DNA of 63,421 bases, counting the filler, from Octopus bimaculoides (taxonomy: Eukaryota): the NCBI RefSeq assembly GCF_001194135.2. It is 6 parts of 6 records of this genome, joined end to end, with 100 filler letters (N's around TTAATTAATTAA, not from the genome) between each part and the next. Parts side by side here need not be neighbours in the genome. Positions count along the whole stretch, not along the records: positions 9,863 to 31,297 come from NC_068986.1; 5 more parts are not named here. One strand, 5' to 3'. Position 1 is the stretch's first letter; each line of letters opens with the position of its first letter. Shown here piece after piece: positions 12,549-25,844 of the stretch. The position numbers and the translations under genes are program-made. The notes beneath the pieces are model-generated. The model was not told where the DNA came from, searched no databases, and saw nothing but the letters and a program-made list of their open reading frames with translations.

Positions 12549-13192
12549 NNNNNNNNNNNNNNNNNNNNNNNNNNNNNNNNNNNNNNNNNNNNNNNNNNNN
12601 NNNNNNNNNNNNNNNNNNNNNNNNNNNNNNNNNNNNNNNNNNNNNNNNNNNNNNNNNNNNNNNNNNNNNNNNNNNNNNNNNNNNNNNNNNNNNNNNNNNN
12701 NNNNNNNNNNNNNNNNNNNNNNNNNNNNNNNNNNNNNNNNNNNNNNNNNNNNNNNNNNNNNNNNNNNNNNNNNNNNNNNNNNNNNNNNNNNNNNNNNNNN
12801 NNNNNNNNNNNNNNNNNNNNNNNNNNNNNNNNNNNNNNNNNNNNNNNNNNNNNNNNNNNNNNNNNNNNNNNNNNNNNNNNNNNNNNNNNNNNNNNNNNNN
12901 NNNNNNNNNNNNNNNNNNNNNNNNNNNNNNNNNNNNNNNNNNNNNNNNNNNNNNNNNNNNNNNNNNNNNNNNNNNNNNNNNNNNNNNNNNNNNNNNNNNN
13001 NNNNNNNNNNNNNNNNNNNNNNNNNNNNNNNNNNNNNNNNNNNNNNNNNNNNNNNNNNNNNNNNNNNNNNNNNNNNNNNNNNNNNNNNNNNNNNNNNNNN
13101 NNNNNNNNNNNNNNNNNNNNNNNNNNNNNNNNNNNNNNNNNNNNNNNNNNNNNNNNNNNNNNNNNNNNATGCATGTATGTATATGTATCCAT

Positions 13193-13230
<38 letters not shown>

Positions 13231-13326
13231 GATGCATTATATTTTTCTCTATCAATTGTTTATCGCTTATCTTTCCTCTTTCTGAAAACCACGATGATGA
13301 TGATGATGATGACGATGATGATGATG

Positions 13327-13400
<74 letters not shown>

Positions 13401-14070
13401 TGCAACAATAACAATAACTATATCTCTCTGAATATTTTGATAGTATTTTCTCCCACCATCTGACTTCCCAGATCAACAATAGCAATCCTTCAAGTGAAAA
13501 TCTTGAATTTATGATTAAAAAAAAAATATTTCTTAAACTGAGACATAGATAGTTCATCTATCTTGACTTGAAAAGAAAATAATGTAAACAGCATTAAAAA
13601 AATATCCTGCTATATTGAAGTAAAAAATAGCAGAGATTTTCATATACTTTCATTATAGGTCCACATTAATTTTTGTCTTATTTTTTTCTAGTTGCGTGTT
13701 TTTTTTTATGTGAATTATCTCTCTAGGTGTATGTATATAAGTACTATGCATGTATATGTATATATGTTTATGTGTATATGTATGTGTGTATGTATATTTA
13801 TATACATACCTACATCAGGGTATGTGTACATATATTTATGTGTGTATATGTATATACACATACACATATAGAGAGAGGCATATGTATGTATGAGCTGTAT
13901 GTATACATATATATATATATGTCATCATATCTTCCTATTAGCGTATATATATATATATATATATGTATGCATTCACATACATATGTATATGTATATATAT
14001 GTGTGTGTGTGTCTGTCTGTGTATAGTCAGATAGATAGCTAAATAGATATATACGTAGATATCTATGAAT

Positions 14071-14126
<56 letters not shown>

Positions 14127-14135
14127 CTGTCTGTA

Positions 14136-14166
<31 letters not shown>

Positions 14167-14291
14167 ATATCTATCTATCTATCTACATCTTGCTTTTTAT
14201 CTATCCATCTATCTTCCATATACATATACATATATATATATACACACACTCACACATACGTATATATTTTGAGTGTACGTGTATACACATA

Positions 14292-14334
<43 letters not shown>

Positions 14335-14518
14335 CACGCAATTACTACTTATAAAAACGTTTCATGAAGTAATGTTCTTCTTTATTTGCTTGGTGTTTTT
14401 TATTTTATTTTTATTTTTATTTTCACCCCTCTTTACTTAATGGCAGAAAATCCAAAAAAAAAATCTTCACAATCGGCTACAGAGGCTTTTAACCAGTCAC
14501 ACTATTCGGAAATTTTTC

Positions 14519-14590
<72 letters not shown>

Positions 14591-15455
14591 NNNNNNNNNN
14601 NNNNNNNNNNNNNNNNNNNNNNNNNNNNNNNNNNNNNNNNNNNNNNNNNNNNNNNNNNNNNNNNNNNNNNNNNNNNNNNNNNNNNNNNNNNNNNNNNNNN
14701 NNNNNNNNNNNNNNNNNNNNNNNNNNNNNNNNNNNNNNNNNNNNNNNNNNNNNNNNNNNNNNNNNNNNNNNNNNNNNNNNNNNNNNNNNNNNNNNNNNNN
14801 NNNNNNNNNNNNNNNNNNNNNNNNNNNNNNNNNNNNNNNNNNNNNNNNNNNNNNNNNNNNNNNNNNNNNNNNNNNNNNNNNNNNNNNNNNNNNNNNNNNN
14901 NNNNNNNNNNNNNNNNNNNNNNNNNNNNNNNNNNNNNNNNNNNNNNNNNNNNNNNNNNNNNNNNNNNNNNNNNNNNNNNNNNNNNNNNNNNNNNNNNNNN
15001 NNNNNNNNNNNNNNNNNNNNNNNNNNNNNNNNNNNNNNNNNNNNNNNNNNNNNNNNNNNNNNNNNNNNNNNNNNNNNNNNNNNNNNNNNNNNNNNNNNNN
15101 NNNNNNNNNNNNNNNNNNNNNNNNNNNNNNNNNNNNNNNNNNNNNNNNNNNNNNNNNNNNNNNNNNNNNNNNNNNNNNNNNNNNNNNNNNNNNNNNNNNN
15201 NNNNNNNNNNNNNNNNNNNNNNNNNNNNNNNNNNNNNNNNNNNNNNNNNNNNNNNNNNNNNNNNNNNNNNNNNNNNNNNNNNNNNNNNNNNNNNNNNNNN
15301 NNNNNNNNNNNNNNNNNNNNNNNNNNNNNNNNNNNNNNNNNNNNNNNNNNNNNNNNNNNNNNNNNNNNNNNNNNNNNNNNNNNNNNNNNNNNNNNNNNNN
15401 NNNNNNNNNNNNNNNNNNNNNNNNNNNNNNNNNNNNNNNNNNNNNNNNNNNNNNT

Positions 15456-15822
15456 TTTGACTGCGGCCATGCTGGAGCACCGCCTTTAGACGAGCAAATC
15501 GACCCCAGGACTTATTCTTTTTGGAAGCCTAGTACTTATTCTATCGGTCTCTTTCGGCGAACCTAAAGACACCGTCATCGGTTGTCAAGCGATGTTGGGG
15601 GGTACAAACACAGACACACAAACATATACACACACATATATGTATATATATACATATATACGACGGGCTTCTTTCAGTTTCCGTCTACCAAATCCACTCA
15701 CAAGGCTTGGTCAGATCGAGGCTATAGAAGAAGACACTTGCCCAAATTGTCACGCAGTGGGAATGAACCTGGAACCATGTGGTTCATAAGCAAGCTACTT
15801 ACCACACAGCCGCTCCTGCGCC
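15456..15822 (-). mobile_element. SINE family A, near full length
   Basis: Reverse complement from tail (ttgactgcggccatgctggagcaccgcc) to head (cacagccgctcctgcgcc). Confidence 0.92.
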
Positions 15823-16139
15823 TATGTATATACTGCTAAGCATAACCACAAATAGACACATACACACAAATACACGTATACGTAAATACATGCACATTCC
15901 TACGTACATAAATATAAACATAAATACACGTATGGAGGGAGATATAATTCATAGAATATTTAAAAAGACAAAAGTACAGGTGTAAATGGATTTAAAGACA
16001 AGCAAACACACATTTACGCACACACACACACAAATATATACACACATATATACATATGCTTAAGCAGGTAGAAAATCAGACACAAATGCTCAGACACTCA
16101 TATACATAAGCACAAATACACACATACATACACCTACAC

Positions 16140-16400
16140 TTAAAACGTATATTAGGACATCATGCCTTATTCTAATAGAGAGCTGTTGCTCACCGTGATA
16201 TATTTATCTGGGTGTCGGTGGTTTGTCAAGTATTTCTCAAAGGTGTTGTATAAGTTGTCAGGACTGTTAAGGTGCTAAGCATACCGTGTAAAGGAGATTT
16301 ATTATTCAAGCCTATGATCTCCAAAACTCAACTGCATGGTGGCAATTGTTAGTTCTGGAGGTTAGGCTATAGAGTTCGAGTAGGACTGTCGCATCACCTT
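16140..16400 (-). mobile_element. Possible R4/Dong-clade C-terminal remnant
   Basis: Broken minus-strand reading NTFEKYLTN...SSLLE resembles LEKYL..L....IQK..LLGT; heavily decayed. Confidence 0.3.
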
Positions 16401-16806
16401 TCCAATTATTCCGAACTTCAGACTAGATTGCACAAAGCATATTTCTTTCTAGCTGGGTTTTGAATTAAAATGTTTGACTAAATTTTAAATTTTATGGCTA
16501 AATCAATGAGTAATTTTTGTATTTCTGTAATTTCTTTTATTCATCATGATCAAAACTACAATAGCTTACTAACTTCAGTGCTGCATAGTCTACGTTTCAT
16601 AAAGTTCTGTGTATGTAATCTCTCTCTGTATGCCTTGGGACTCAATGTTTCGTTGCTTTTATCATCAGTATATGGTGGCAAACTGGCAAAGTCATCAGAA
16701 TGCAGGATAGAATGATTCCCATTCTCTGTGCTCCCTATAGATATGTATATATCTAGTAGATATATGTGTGAGTGTGTGTGTGAGTGTGCGTGTTAGTGTA
16801 TCCATA

Positions 16807-16880
16807 TTTGTCTCACCACCATCGCTTGACAACCGATGCTAGTGTGTTTACGTCCCTGTAACCCAGCAGTTCGGCAAAAA
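16807..16880 (+). mobile_element. SINE family A fragment
   Basis: catcgcttgacaaccgatgctagtgtgtttacgtccctgtaac...gttcggcaaaa. Confidence 0.8.
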
Positions 16881-17591
16881 TCCAGGAATGACAACAGTTG
16901 AGAGTATGTAAAACCAGATCAGATAAAACAAGTAAAGTATAAGAATAGTAAGTTTATTCCATTTATTATAGAATGAAGCTTATCTATTTCGGAAACTGCA
17001 TTAGTTGCATAGGCGATGCTACATCTTCCGTAACACATATGTATATAAATATAGATATAAATGTACACACATACAACCATTTGTATAATTGTGTTGTGGC
17101 ATAATGAACAGTCAACACATCAGAACATTTCATGGCAAGTAAATACACCAGAGACTGCAATAAGGCAGCAAATGCTTTCATTATATAGTCACAAACAATA
17201 GATTTATTCAGCAGCAGCTTTTATAAATTCTTTAATTGTCATATATTGAGAGTATATATTAGTGTTTACTTGTATTTGACTTACAATGAAAACAGTTTAA
17301 CATTAAACTGAAGACTCACTCAATATCTTTTGTGGATATTATATAATTCTACAAGAAAAGGTGTGACAGTGAGTTCGACATTCCTGGATGCTATAGTCTA
17401 CGTCGATCTGTCGATATTCTTTCACATGCATGAATGTATGTATGTATGGCATGACTACATGTGTGCGCGCATGACTATATGAATGTATGCTTGTATCCAT
17501 GCATGCATAAATATATGCATTGAAGTTTGCACGTACATATTTATGGGTAGCTCTATCTACGAATGTATTATTTAAATAAACTTATACATAC

Positions 17592-17638
<47 letters not shown>

Positions 17639-19109
17639 NNNNNNNNNNNNNNNNNNNNNNNNNNNNNNNNNNNNNNNNNNNNNNNNNNNNNNNNNNNNNN
17701 NNNNNNNNNNNNNNNNNNNNNNNNNNNNNNNNNNNNNNNNNNNNNNNNNNNNNNNNNNNNNNNNNNNNNNNNNNNNNNNNNNNNNNNNNNNNNNNNNNNN
17801 NNNNNNNNNNNNNNNNNNNNNNNNNNNNNNNNNNNNNNNNNNNNNNNNNNNNNNNNNNNNNNNNNNNNNNNNNNNNNNNNNNNNNNNNNNNNNNNNNNNN
17901 NNNNNNNNNNNNNNNNNNNNNNNNNNNNNNNNNNNNNNNNNNNNNNNNNNNNNNNNNNNNNNNNNNNNNNNNNNNNNNNNNNNNNNNNNNNNNNNNNNNN
18001 NNNNNNNNNNNNNNNNNNNNNNNNNNNNNNNNNNNNNNNNNNNNNNNNNNNNNNNNNNNNNNNNNNNNNNNNNNNNNNNNNNNNNNNNNNNNNNNNNNNN
18101 NNNNNNNNNNNNNNNNNNNNNNNNNNNNNNNNNNNNNNNNNNNNNNNNNNNNNNNNNNNNNNNNNNNNNNNNNNNNNNNNNNNNNNNNNNNNNNNNNNNN
18201 NNNNNNNNNNNNNNNNNNNNNNNNNNNNNNNNNNNNNNNNNNNNNNNNNNNNNNNNNNNNNNNNNNNNNNNNNNNNNNNNNNNNNNNNNNNNNNNNNNNN
18301 NNNNNNNNNNNNNNNNNNNNNNNNNNNNNNNNNNNNNNNNNNNNNNNNNNNNNNNNNNNNNNNNNNNNNNNNNNNNNNNNNNNNNNNNNNNNNNNNNNNN
18401 NNNNNNNNNNNNNNNNNNNNNNATATATATATATATATATATATATATAACATTACATATATATATATGTATCGATACTCTCTATATAGGTAATGTTTAC
18501 GTGTGTGAATGTGTGTCGACGACGTTAAAGACTCCGTATAAGCAAAGAAAAGCAAATGTAGATACGTGTGTGCATGTCTACCTGCGCGGGTATGTATATC
18601 TGTGAATTTTTCTATGTCTATATCTATCTCAATATATACATGCATGTGCGAGTGTATATGTCCATATACATATACATAATGTATGATTATGTGTATGTAT
18701 GCATATGCATACATGCATACATACATATACGCGCGCGCACGCACACGCATACGCACACACACAAACATTATTAATAAATGCTTACTTAAAACAAATAACG
18801 TAATAGTTTCAATTTAAGGGCGGAACAATTGACAGTATAATATTAGTATATTAGTTTCAGCTAAAATATTGTACCCTTTATTCGATGTTTCGTTCTTTGC
18901 TCAATCGCAAGGGTCGTTGTAAAGATTACAACCGGATTCAATCCACGAATGCCCGATGGAGTGCGATTGATATTACGTTCAAATCCTGTCAAGAGTAGGA
19001 CATCTTTTGCATCCTAAACTATTACATCTGAAGACAAAATTATATGGCAGAGGTATATTACAGAGAGCTGTGAAAGAACAATAGTAATAATAAATTATTA
19101 TTATTATTA

Positions 19110-19200
19110 TACTTTCTGTTATAGGCTCAACGCCTGAAATTTGGGGGAGGGGGATAGTCGATTACATCGACCCAAGTACTCAATGTAATTTATTGAAAGG
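19110..19200 (-). mobile_element. SINE family B 3' fragment
   Basis: ttataggctcaacgcctgaaatttggggga...gtcgattacatcgaccc. Confidence 0.65.
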
Positions 19201-19261
19201 TCAATTATTTATATCCCCTTTTGTATATTAAAAAACGCTCAAAACTTTCCGGACAACCTAA

Positions 19262-19293
<32 letters not shown>

Positions 19294-19299
19294 GTGACC

Positions 19300-20296
19300 T
19301 ACATACTGAGTGAGGCCACTGGCTGACCCACACAGTCTGCTACATAAGGTGTGCGATAGATCATGCTGGATATCACACTGGTAGACGGGGGACGACTGCT
19401 TGACCAGGCTTATGGCTGATTAGGCCTATCTTTGAGAAGCAGACACAACCACACTGGTCACACGAAACTCTTCTGTACACATGTCAACGAGAAAGTTCAC
19501 ATCATCCATATTTTTACCAGCACGCATCAACTCATTGTATACCACCATGTTATTCTTGATTCCTCCACAGCTCTCTATCTGTTAGTGTTGATATTGATGT
19601 ATTTTAAGGATTGTCTTTGAAATGCTTTCTTAGCTTGCACAGGAGATATTTTCCATGCTCCGGCTCACCATACAATACCTGTTTTTGCATCCGGTTGCGC
19701 TCTAAATAGACAAGCTGTCCATACACATTAAGTTGGTGATTCATGATTATAGAGTCGATACTTGTCATTTTCGCCAGCTGCCTGTACTTCTGTATCGGGT
19801 ACATGAGATCGTCGTGATATCTTAAGGATATTACGCAAGCATTGTTAGAGGAATCGCTCGAGACGTTTGATATCCCTGCGGTAGGTTGTCCAGGTCTCGC
19901 ATCCATGCAACAGCGCTGTTAAGATGCATACATGATGGACCTCAACTTCCGTTGCTGCTTTGATGTCCAATGCAACTAGAGCCTCGGTTCAAGTTTTTCA
20001 AATGCGTCACAGACCTTAGAAGTCTCTAATCGACCTCCTCGTCAAATGTATTATATCTAGATTGTGTGCTATCAAAGTAGACAAAAGTATTCGCGACTTT
20101 CAACATTTTATTCTTGACGAATATCGATGGCAGGATACATGGCTTGCCTTGTGTTGGTTGTAGCATGACTACCATCTTCTTAAGACTGGTTGCAAGTCCA
20201 AACTCATCACACGTGGCAGCAGAGCAGTCCATCAGGAACTGTAGTCCTTCCTCGGAAATTGCAGTCGTCAGCGTAAAGGAGATCACGAATGAGAGT
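19300..20296 (-). mobile_element. RTE/Bov-B-like LINE: RT C-half, thumb and C-terminal zinc-finger-like motifs (pseudogenised)
   Basis: TLIRDLLYADDC (YADD at 20264-20275), [40 protein letters not shown]...KQVLYGE, CDQCGCVCFSKIGLISHK; frameshifts and stops. Confidence 0.9.
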
Positions 20297-20311
20297 CTAG
20301 CTACATCTTAT

Positions 20312-20543
20312 TTCTTTACTGCCCACAAGGGACTAAACATAGAGGGGACAAACAAGGACAGACAAGGGGATCAAGTCGATCACATCGACCCCAGTGCGTA
20401 ACTGGTACTTAATTTATCGACTCCGAAAGGATGAAAGGCAAAGTCGACCTCGGCGGAATTTGAACTCAGAACGTAACAGCAGAGGAAATACCGCTAAGCA
20501 TTTCGTCCGGCATGCTAACGTTTCTGCCAGCTCGCCGCCTTCA
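20312..20543 (-). mobile_element. SINE family B with 16-bp TSD
   Basis: TSD tctagctacatcttat at 20296-20311 and 20544-20559; CpG-intact copy. Confidence 0.95.
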
Positions 20544-20795
20544 TCTAGCTACATCTTATCATACAAAAAGAAGTCAAACAATCTACTTCGTGAAGCTGTT
20601 ATCGGTTCCGCAATTAAAACGCACATGGTGCGGTGCAGCATTTAATAGGGCTTTCTCAGAGTTCCGCTTAAGATACTATGACACTACGGTCGCAACGTGA
20701 CTCGAAACTATCCACGACAGTGATTAATGTTTATGAGTCAACTTCTGTCTGTCCCCAAGATGAAAGTAGTTTTCATGGTGATCTGGAAACAGTTG
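20544..20795 (+). mobile_element. RTE-clade APE endonuclease fragment (N-proximal)
   Basis: REAVIGSAIKTH, MTLRSQ, TTVINVYEST...FHGDLETV match RTE EN motifs (EAGVGFAIK, MTLRL, ISVYAPT, FY.DL). Confidence 0.8.
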
Positions 20796-21179
20796 TATGC
20801 CGTCAACTTAATGTGACAGTCCCCTGAAGGGAATAATACTACTGTCGGTTAGATCTAGGAAGCTGCACCGCTTCCTGTTGGCCTTGACACATTTCCTGTG
20901 TCCTTATGTCTACAAAGGGGAGACAAGCACCTCCACCCAGCTAAGCCTGCATCCAGAGACATGTTTCTGAGTCTTTGCTCGTCATCAGTCAACAAAGACT
21001 CATAAACATGTCTCTGGATGCAGGCTTAGCTGGCTGGAGGTGCTTGTCTCCCCCTTGTAAACATAAGGACACAGGAAATGTGTCAAGGCCGACAGGAAGC
21101 GGTGCAGCTTCCTAGATCTAATCAACAGTAGTATTACTCCCTTCAGGGGACTGTCACATTAAGTTGACAGCATACAACT
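20791..21179. repeat. 389-bp inverted repeat (187-bp arms, 15-nt spacer), probably Penelope pLTR-derived
   Basis: Arms 20791-20977 and 20993-21179 are reverse complements with about 9 mismatches by manual count. Confidence 0.95.
20958..20988 (-). ncRNA. Minimal type I hammerhead-like motif at the palindrome apex
   Basis: Minus strand CTGATGA-cgagcaaagactca-GAAAC-AT-GTC; palindromic helix III ACATGT; helix I partner largely truncated; non-canonical C-A at 10.1/11.1. Confidence 0.55.
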
Positions 21180-21520
21180 ACTTTATCGTATCACTACTGC
21201 ATAAATCTCTCTGAGAGATTTAGAAATGTATTATTTCTAGATCTGGAAACTGTTCTGAGAAACGTTGACGAGGATAACAAACTTGTATTTCTGGGAGATA
21301 TAAATACCTGCGTACGACGTGTTCCGAACTTTGGAGTAGCATAGGAAATCAGGGAATGGAGAGTGTAAGGCGAATGAGCTATTCCTATTACAACTGTCAG
21401 GAGTTAGACATAGTCATAAACAATAATTGGTTTAGGCAAAAGAATATATATAAGGCTACTTGGAAGCATCCAGCTTCAAGTCATTCGCATATATTCGATT
21501 ATGTAATCGTCCATAGAAAA
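21180..21520 (+). mobile_element. RTE-clade APE endonuclease fragment (C-proximal)
   Basis: DLETVLRNVDEDNKLVFLGDIN...CQELDIVINNNWFRQKNIYKATWKHP...IFDYVIV. Confidence 0.9.
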
Positions 21521-21534
21521 GAGACACATGTACG

Positions 21535-21566
<32 letters not shown>

Positions 21567-22490
21567 CACACACATATATGCATATATTTACATACCTATT
21601 TATATATGTATTTGTATATGCAAATGTCTATATGTGTGTGTGTCTGTCTGTCTGCATCTGTGTTTATAATTGTATATGTATATATATGTACACACATACA
21701 TACACACATATAGACATTTGCATATACTAATACATACGTATAATAAATAATATGTATAGTAAATAAATAAAATATATAAAACGTATAATAAATAATATGT
21801 ATATGCATATGCGTATATGCAAACATGTTTGTGGTCGCATAATTTTTGTGCGCCAAATTTTCTTACACAATATATGCATATATCGTTATAAAAAATCTAT
21901 TTGCACATTGACATACATAAATGCATACATATCCTTATACACATGTCTTGTTGTTATGAGTGTATTTACTTAATCTATGTAATAATAGATAGTTTATACT
22001 TACACATATATACACATATATATATATATACATACATATACACACGCATATATATATATATTTATGTATGTATATGCATAATTCCCCCCACTCTCACTCT
22101 CTCTCTCACACACACACATATATATATGTGTGTGTACATACTCCACATACATCTTCATATTCATACAAACATGCACAAGCTTACTATGTTGACGAATTGC
22201 TATCTATTTCATCATATATCGGGGCCATTCTACCGAAACCTATTGAGTATATACATTTATATTATGTTGCTCTCTTTTTTTTTCTTTTCTGTTTTTTTTC
22301 TTCTTTTTTTTTTGTCATTGATTCCATCAATATAATCTATACCTTATTCATAACACAATATCAGATCTCACATGCAATTGTAATCCATAGAGCCAGTGAT
22401 GGCGAAGGTGGCGAAGGTGATTGAGGTGGCATCGGTTGTGGTGGTGGTGGTGGCAGTAGCGCTGTTGATGTTCCAGGCAGGGTATATGTT

Positions 22491-22534
<44 letters not shown>

Positions 22535-23281
22535 AGTAGGATGTGTGGGGCAGGGTTGAGGTGGTGGAAGAAAACATGTTATCAACTTGACAATAGACCT
22601 GAATATTGCGAAAGAATACAGAACAAAGAAAACAAAAAAAAAGATAATCAAAAAACAGACAGAAGTACATAAAAACACAACCAGTCATACTTACATATAA
22701 GAACGCGCAGACTAGTATATACTTACACACGCATGTACACGCACTTGTACATACATAATATCACTCATATCGCATACAGATATTGTCACTACAACAAACA
22801 TACAAAGCAACAAAAAGTAAATGTATTGTTGGAATAGTTATATTCATATTCATGTACACACACACACCCACACACACAGACACACACACATATACACACA
22901 CACACATGCATACACACACACACACACACACACCACTTAGGGCCTTTTGTTCATTATATGTGTCTGTGTAGTTCTATATAGGCCTCTGTTTGTGTGTGTG
23001 TGTGTTTGTGTGTACGTGCGCGCAATAAGAGCAAGTGCACGCAATACAGGTTTTAGAGTATAATCGTCCTTTTTGACCATAAACTACACAGAAACTCATA
23101 TATGCACACATGCGCACCCGAACACACACACACACACACGTACAAATATATAAATGTGTGTGTGCGTGTGTGTCTGTGTGTATATATATCTTTGTATATA
23201 TATGCATATATATGTATACATATATATATACATATATCTATGCATATATATATGTATACATGTAAATATATATATATGTTT

Positions 23282-23332
<51 letters not shown>

Positions 23333-23542
23333 TATGTGTATATGCAGACATATTCTTTTCTGAGACATGCAGAGACGCACAATGGTCTGCATTATTCATT
23401 CTTACATAAACATATGAAAACAGACGCCTGATACCCGTGAATCTTCAACAAAAGAACTATTCTTTGTTTTGTTACTGACCTGCTCTTATTATTTTGCTTA
23501 GAAAAAGGCACTAACACACAGGCACATGCATACACACACACA

Positions 23543-23580
<38 letters not shown>

Positions 23581-24378
23581 TATATATATTTGTGTGTATG
23601 TATATATATGCTTACAAGTATGAATGCAGTTACGTAGGTATGTTAATGCAAACACGTATAAGTGTGTATATGTATTTACTTGTATCTCTCTCTCTCTCTT
23701 TCTATATATATATATATATATGTATGTATATATACATACACAAATATATATATATAGATATATGCGTGTGTATGTGTGTGTCGTTTGTGTGTGTGTGTGC
23801 TTGTGTTCGTATACATAAATGCATAATAATATATTTATGCATACGTGAATAATGATTTCAGGTACCACAAACACCAATGCACCAATTTGAGATAAATAAA
23901 GAGAGCTGAGAAACACGTTCATAAACGGTACGCAGTCACGTATCTATCGTTTCCCGGGCGACCGTGACTTAGTTCTTATATAGCGAAATACGAGATAAAT
24001 TTCCCGTGCCAAATATCGAATTTAAAGGTGGCACCTTGCTGTGTTGTATACAAGTACATACAACATATAATGTTGATAAACATAATAAGCTAAGTCTTGT
24101 TACGCTAATTGACAAGCTTAGTTTATAATTCAGAGACTAATATAGTTTAGTTTACAAAAGGAAAGGAGAAAAGCGTGATAGTTACTTTGTAATATAGCCG
24201 GTAATCGACAGAATCAGGTTTCGATTCTGCTCAGTTCATTTTTTTATTCTTAATTTATGATGTCAATTATATACTTTTATAATTATAATGGGTGAACGTA
24301 CATGCATGCACACAAATACTCGTGTATATAGCGTAAGTGTATATATATCTGATACATACGTGTTTATGTGAACCTGCC

Positions 24379-24409
<31 letters not shown>

Positions 24410-24410
24410 A

Positions 24411-24610
24411 TAGATCACTAACCACTACACACATTTTTTTCTCTCTCCTTGTTTCTCTCCTTGTTTCTTTCTGCGTTCCTTTCTGTGGAAGAGCGTAGGC
24501 TCGAAACGTTAAAGACTTTTTTAATTCCCGATCGTTAAACTAATACATCTGTTTGTTTTCTACACCACCTGTCTTCGTCTTTTGCTTTTTTGTGAATTCT
24601 CCCTGTATAT
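24411..24610 (+). mobile_element. Penelope-like short repeat with hammerhead-like motif (24483-24510)
   Basis: ccttt-CTGTGGA-a-GAGC-gtag-GCTC-GAAAC-GT-T-aaag: perfect stem II, palindromic AACGTT helix III, short helix I; A6 replaced by T. Confidence 0.5.
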
Positions 24611-25094
24611 TATATATATNNNNNNNNNNNNNNNNNNNNNNNNNNNNNNNNNNNNNNNNNNNNNNNNNNNNNNNNNNNNNNNNNNNNNNNNNNNNNNNNN
24701 NNNNNNNNNNNNNNNNNNNNNNNNNNNNNNNNNNNNNNNNNNNNNNNNNNNNNNNNNNNNNNNNNNNNNNNNNNNNNNNNNNNNNNNNNNNNNNNNNNNN
24801 NNNNNNNNNNNNNNNNNNNNNNNNNNNNNNNNNNNNNNNNNNNNNNNNNNNNNNNNNNNNNNNNNNNNNNNNNNNNNNNNNNNNNNNNNNNNNNNNNNNN
24901 NNNNNNNNNNNNNNNNNNNNNNNNNNNNNNNNNNNNNNNNNNNNNNNNNNNNNNNNNNNNNNNNNNNNNNNNNNNNNNNNNNNNNNNNNNNNNNNNNNNN
25001 NNNNNNNNNNNNNNNNNNNNNNNNNNNNNNNNNNNNNNNNNNNNNNNNNNNNNNNNNNNNNNNNNNNNNNNNNNNNNNNNNNNNNNNNNNNNNN

Positions 25095-25208
<114 letters not shown>

Positions 25209-25639
25209 TGCACACACAAAGTAGAAATTGTGAGTACATGAATATGTGCGACTGCTACTGTTATATTTAGAACTCCACATATATTATCATAACCCGGTCT
25301 GCTTTCTATGTAGTTGTTAAGTAACTTCTAAACTCAGTCGTATATTTAGTTATGACCTACAGACCAAATGTAGGAGAAACAGGATAAACACAAGTTTATA
25401 TTAGAGTTCCTATGCGCATTTCACCATTATGGCTGTTAACCTGTGTTCATCTTTATTTTTCATATATATTATATTATAGTATATCATATTATATTATATT
25501 ACATTATATTATACTATTTCATATCATATTTATATTTATATTACATATATTATATATAACGCATAGACATGTAAATACATATAAATGCATATATATATAT
25601 ATGTATAGTATATAAACATGTGTGTGTATCTGTATGAGC

Positions 25640-25748
<109 letters not shown>

Positions 25749-25844
25749 TGAGATGACACAACTGCAGTTTCGTATAAGGGGAATGATGACAGTGTTAAGA
25801 GATCGCGCTAGGAAAATCAGAAAATCCATGCTAAAAATCAAATA

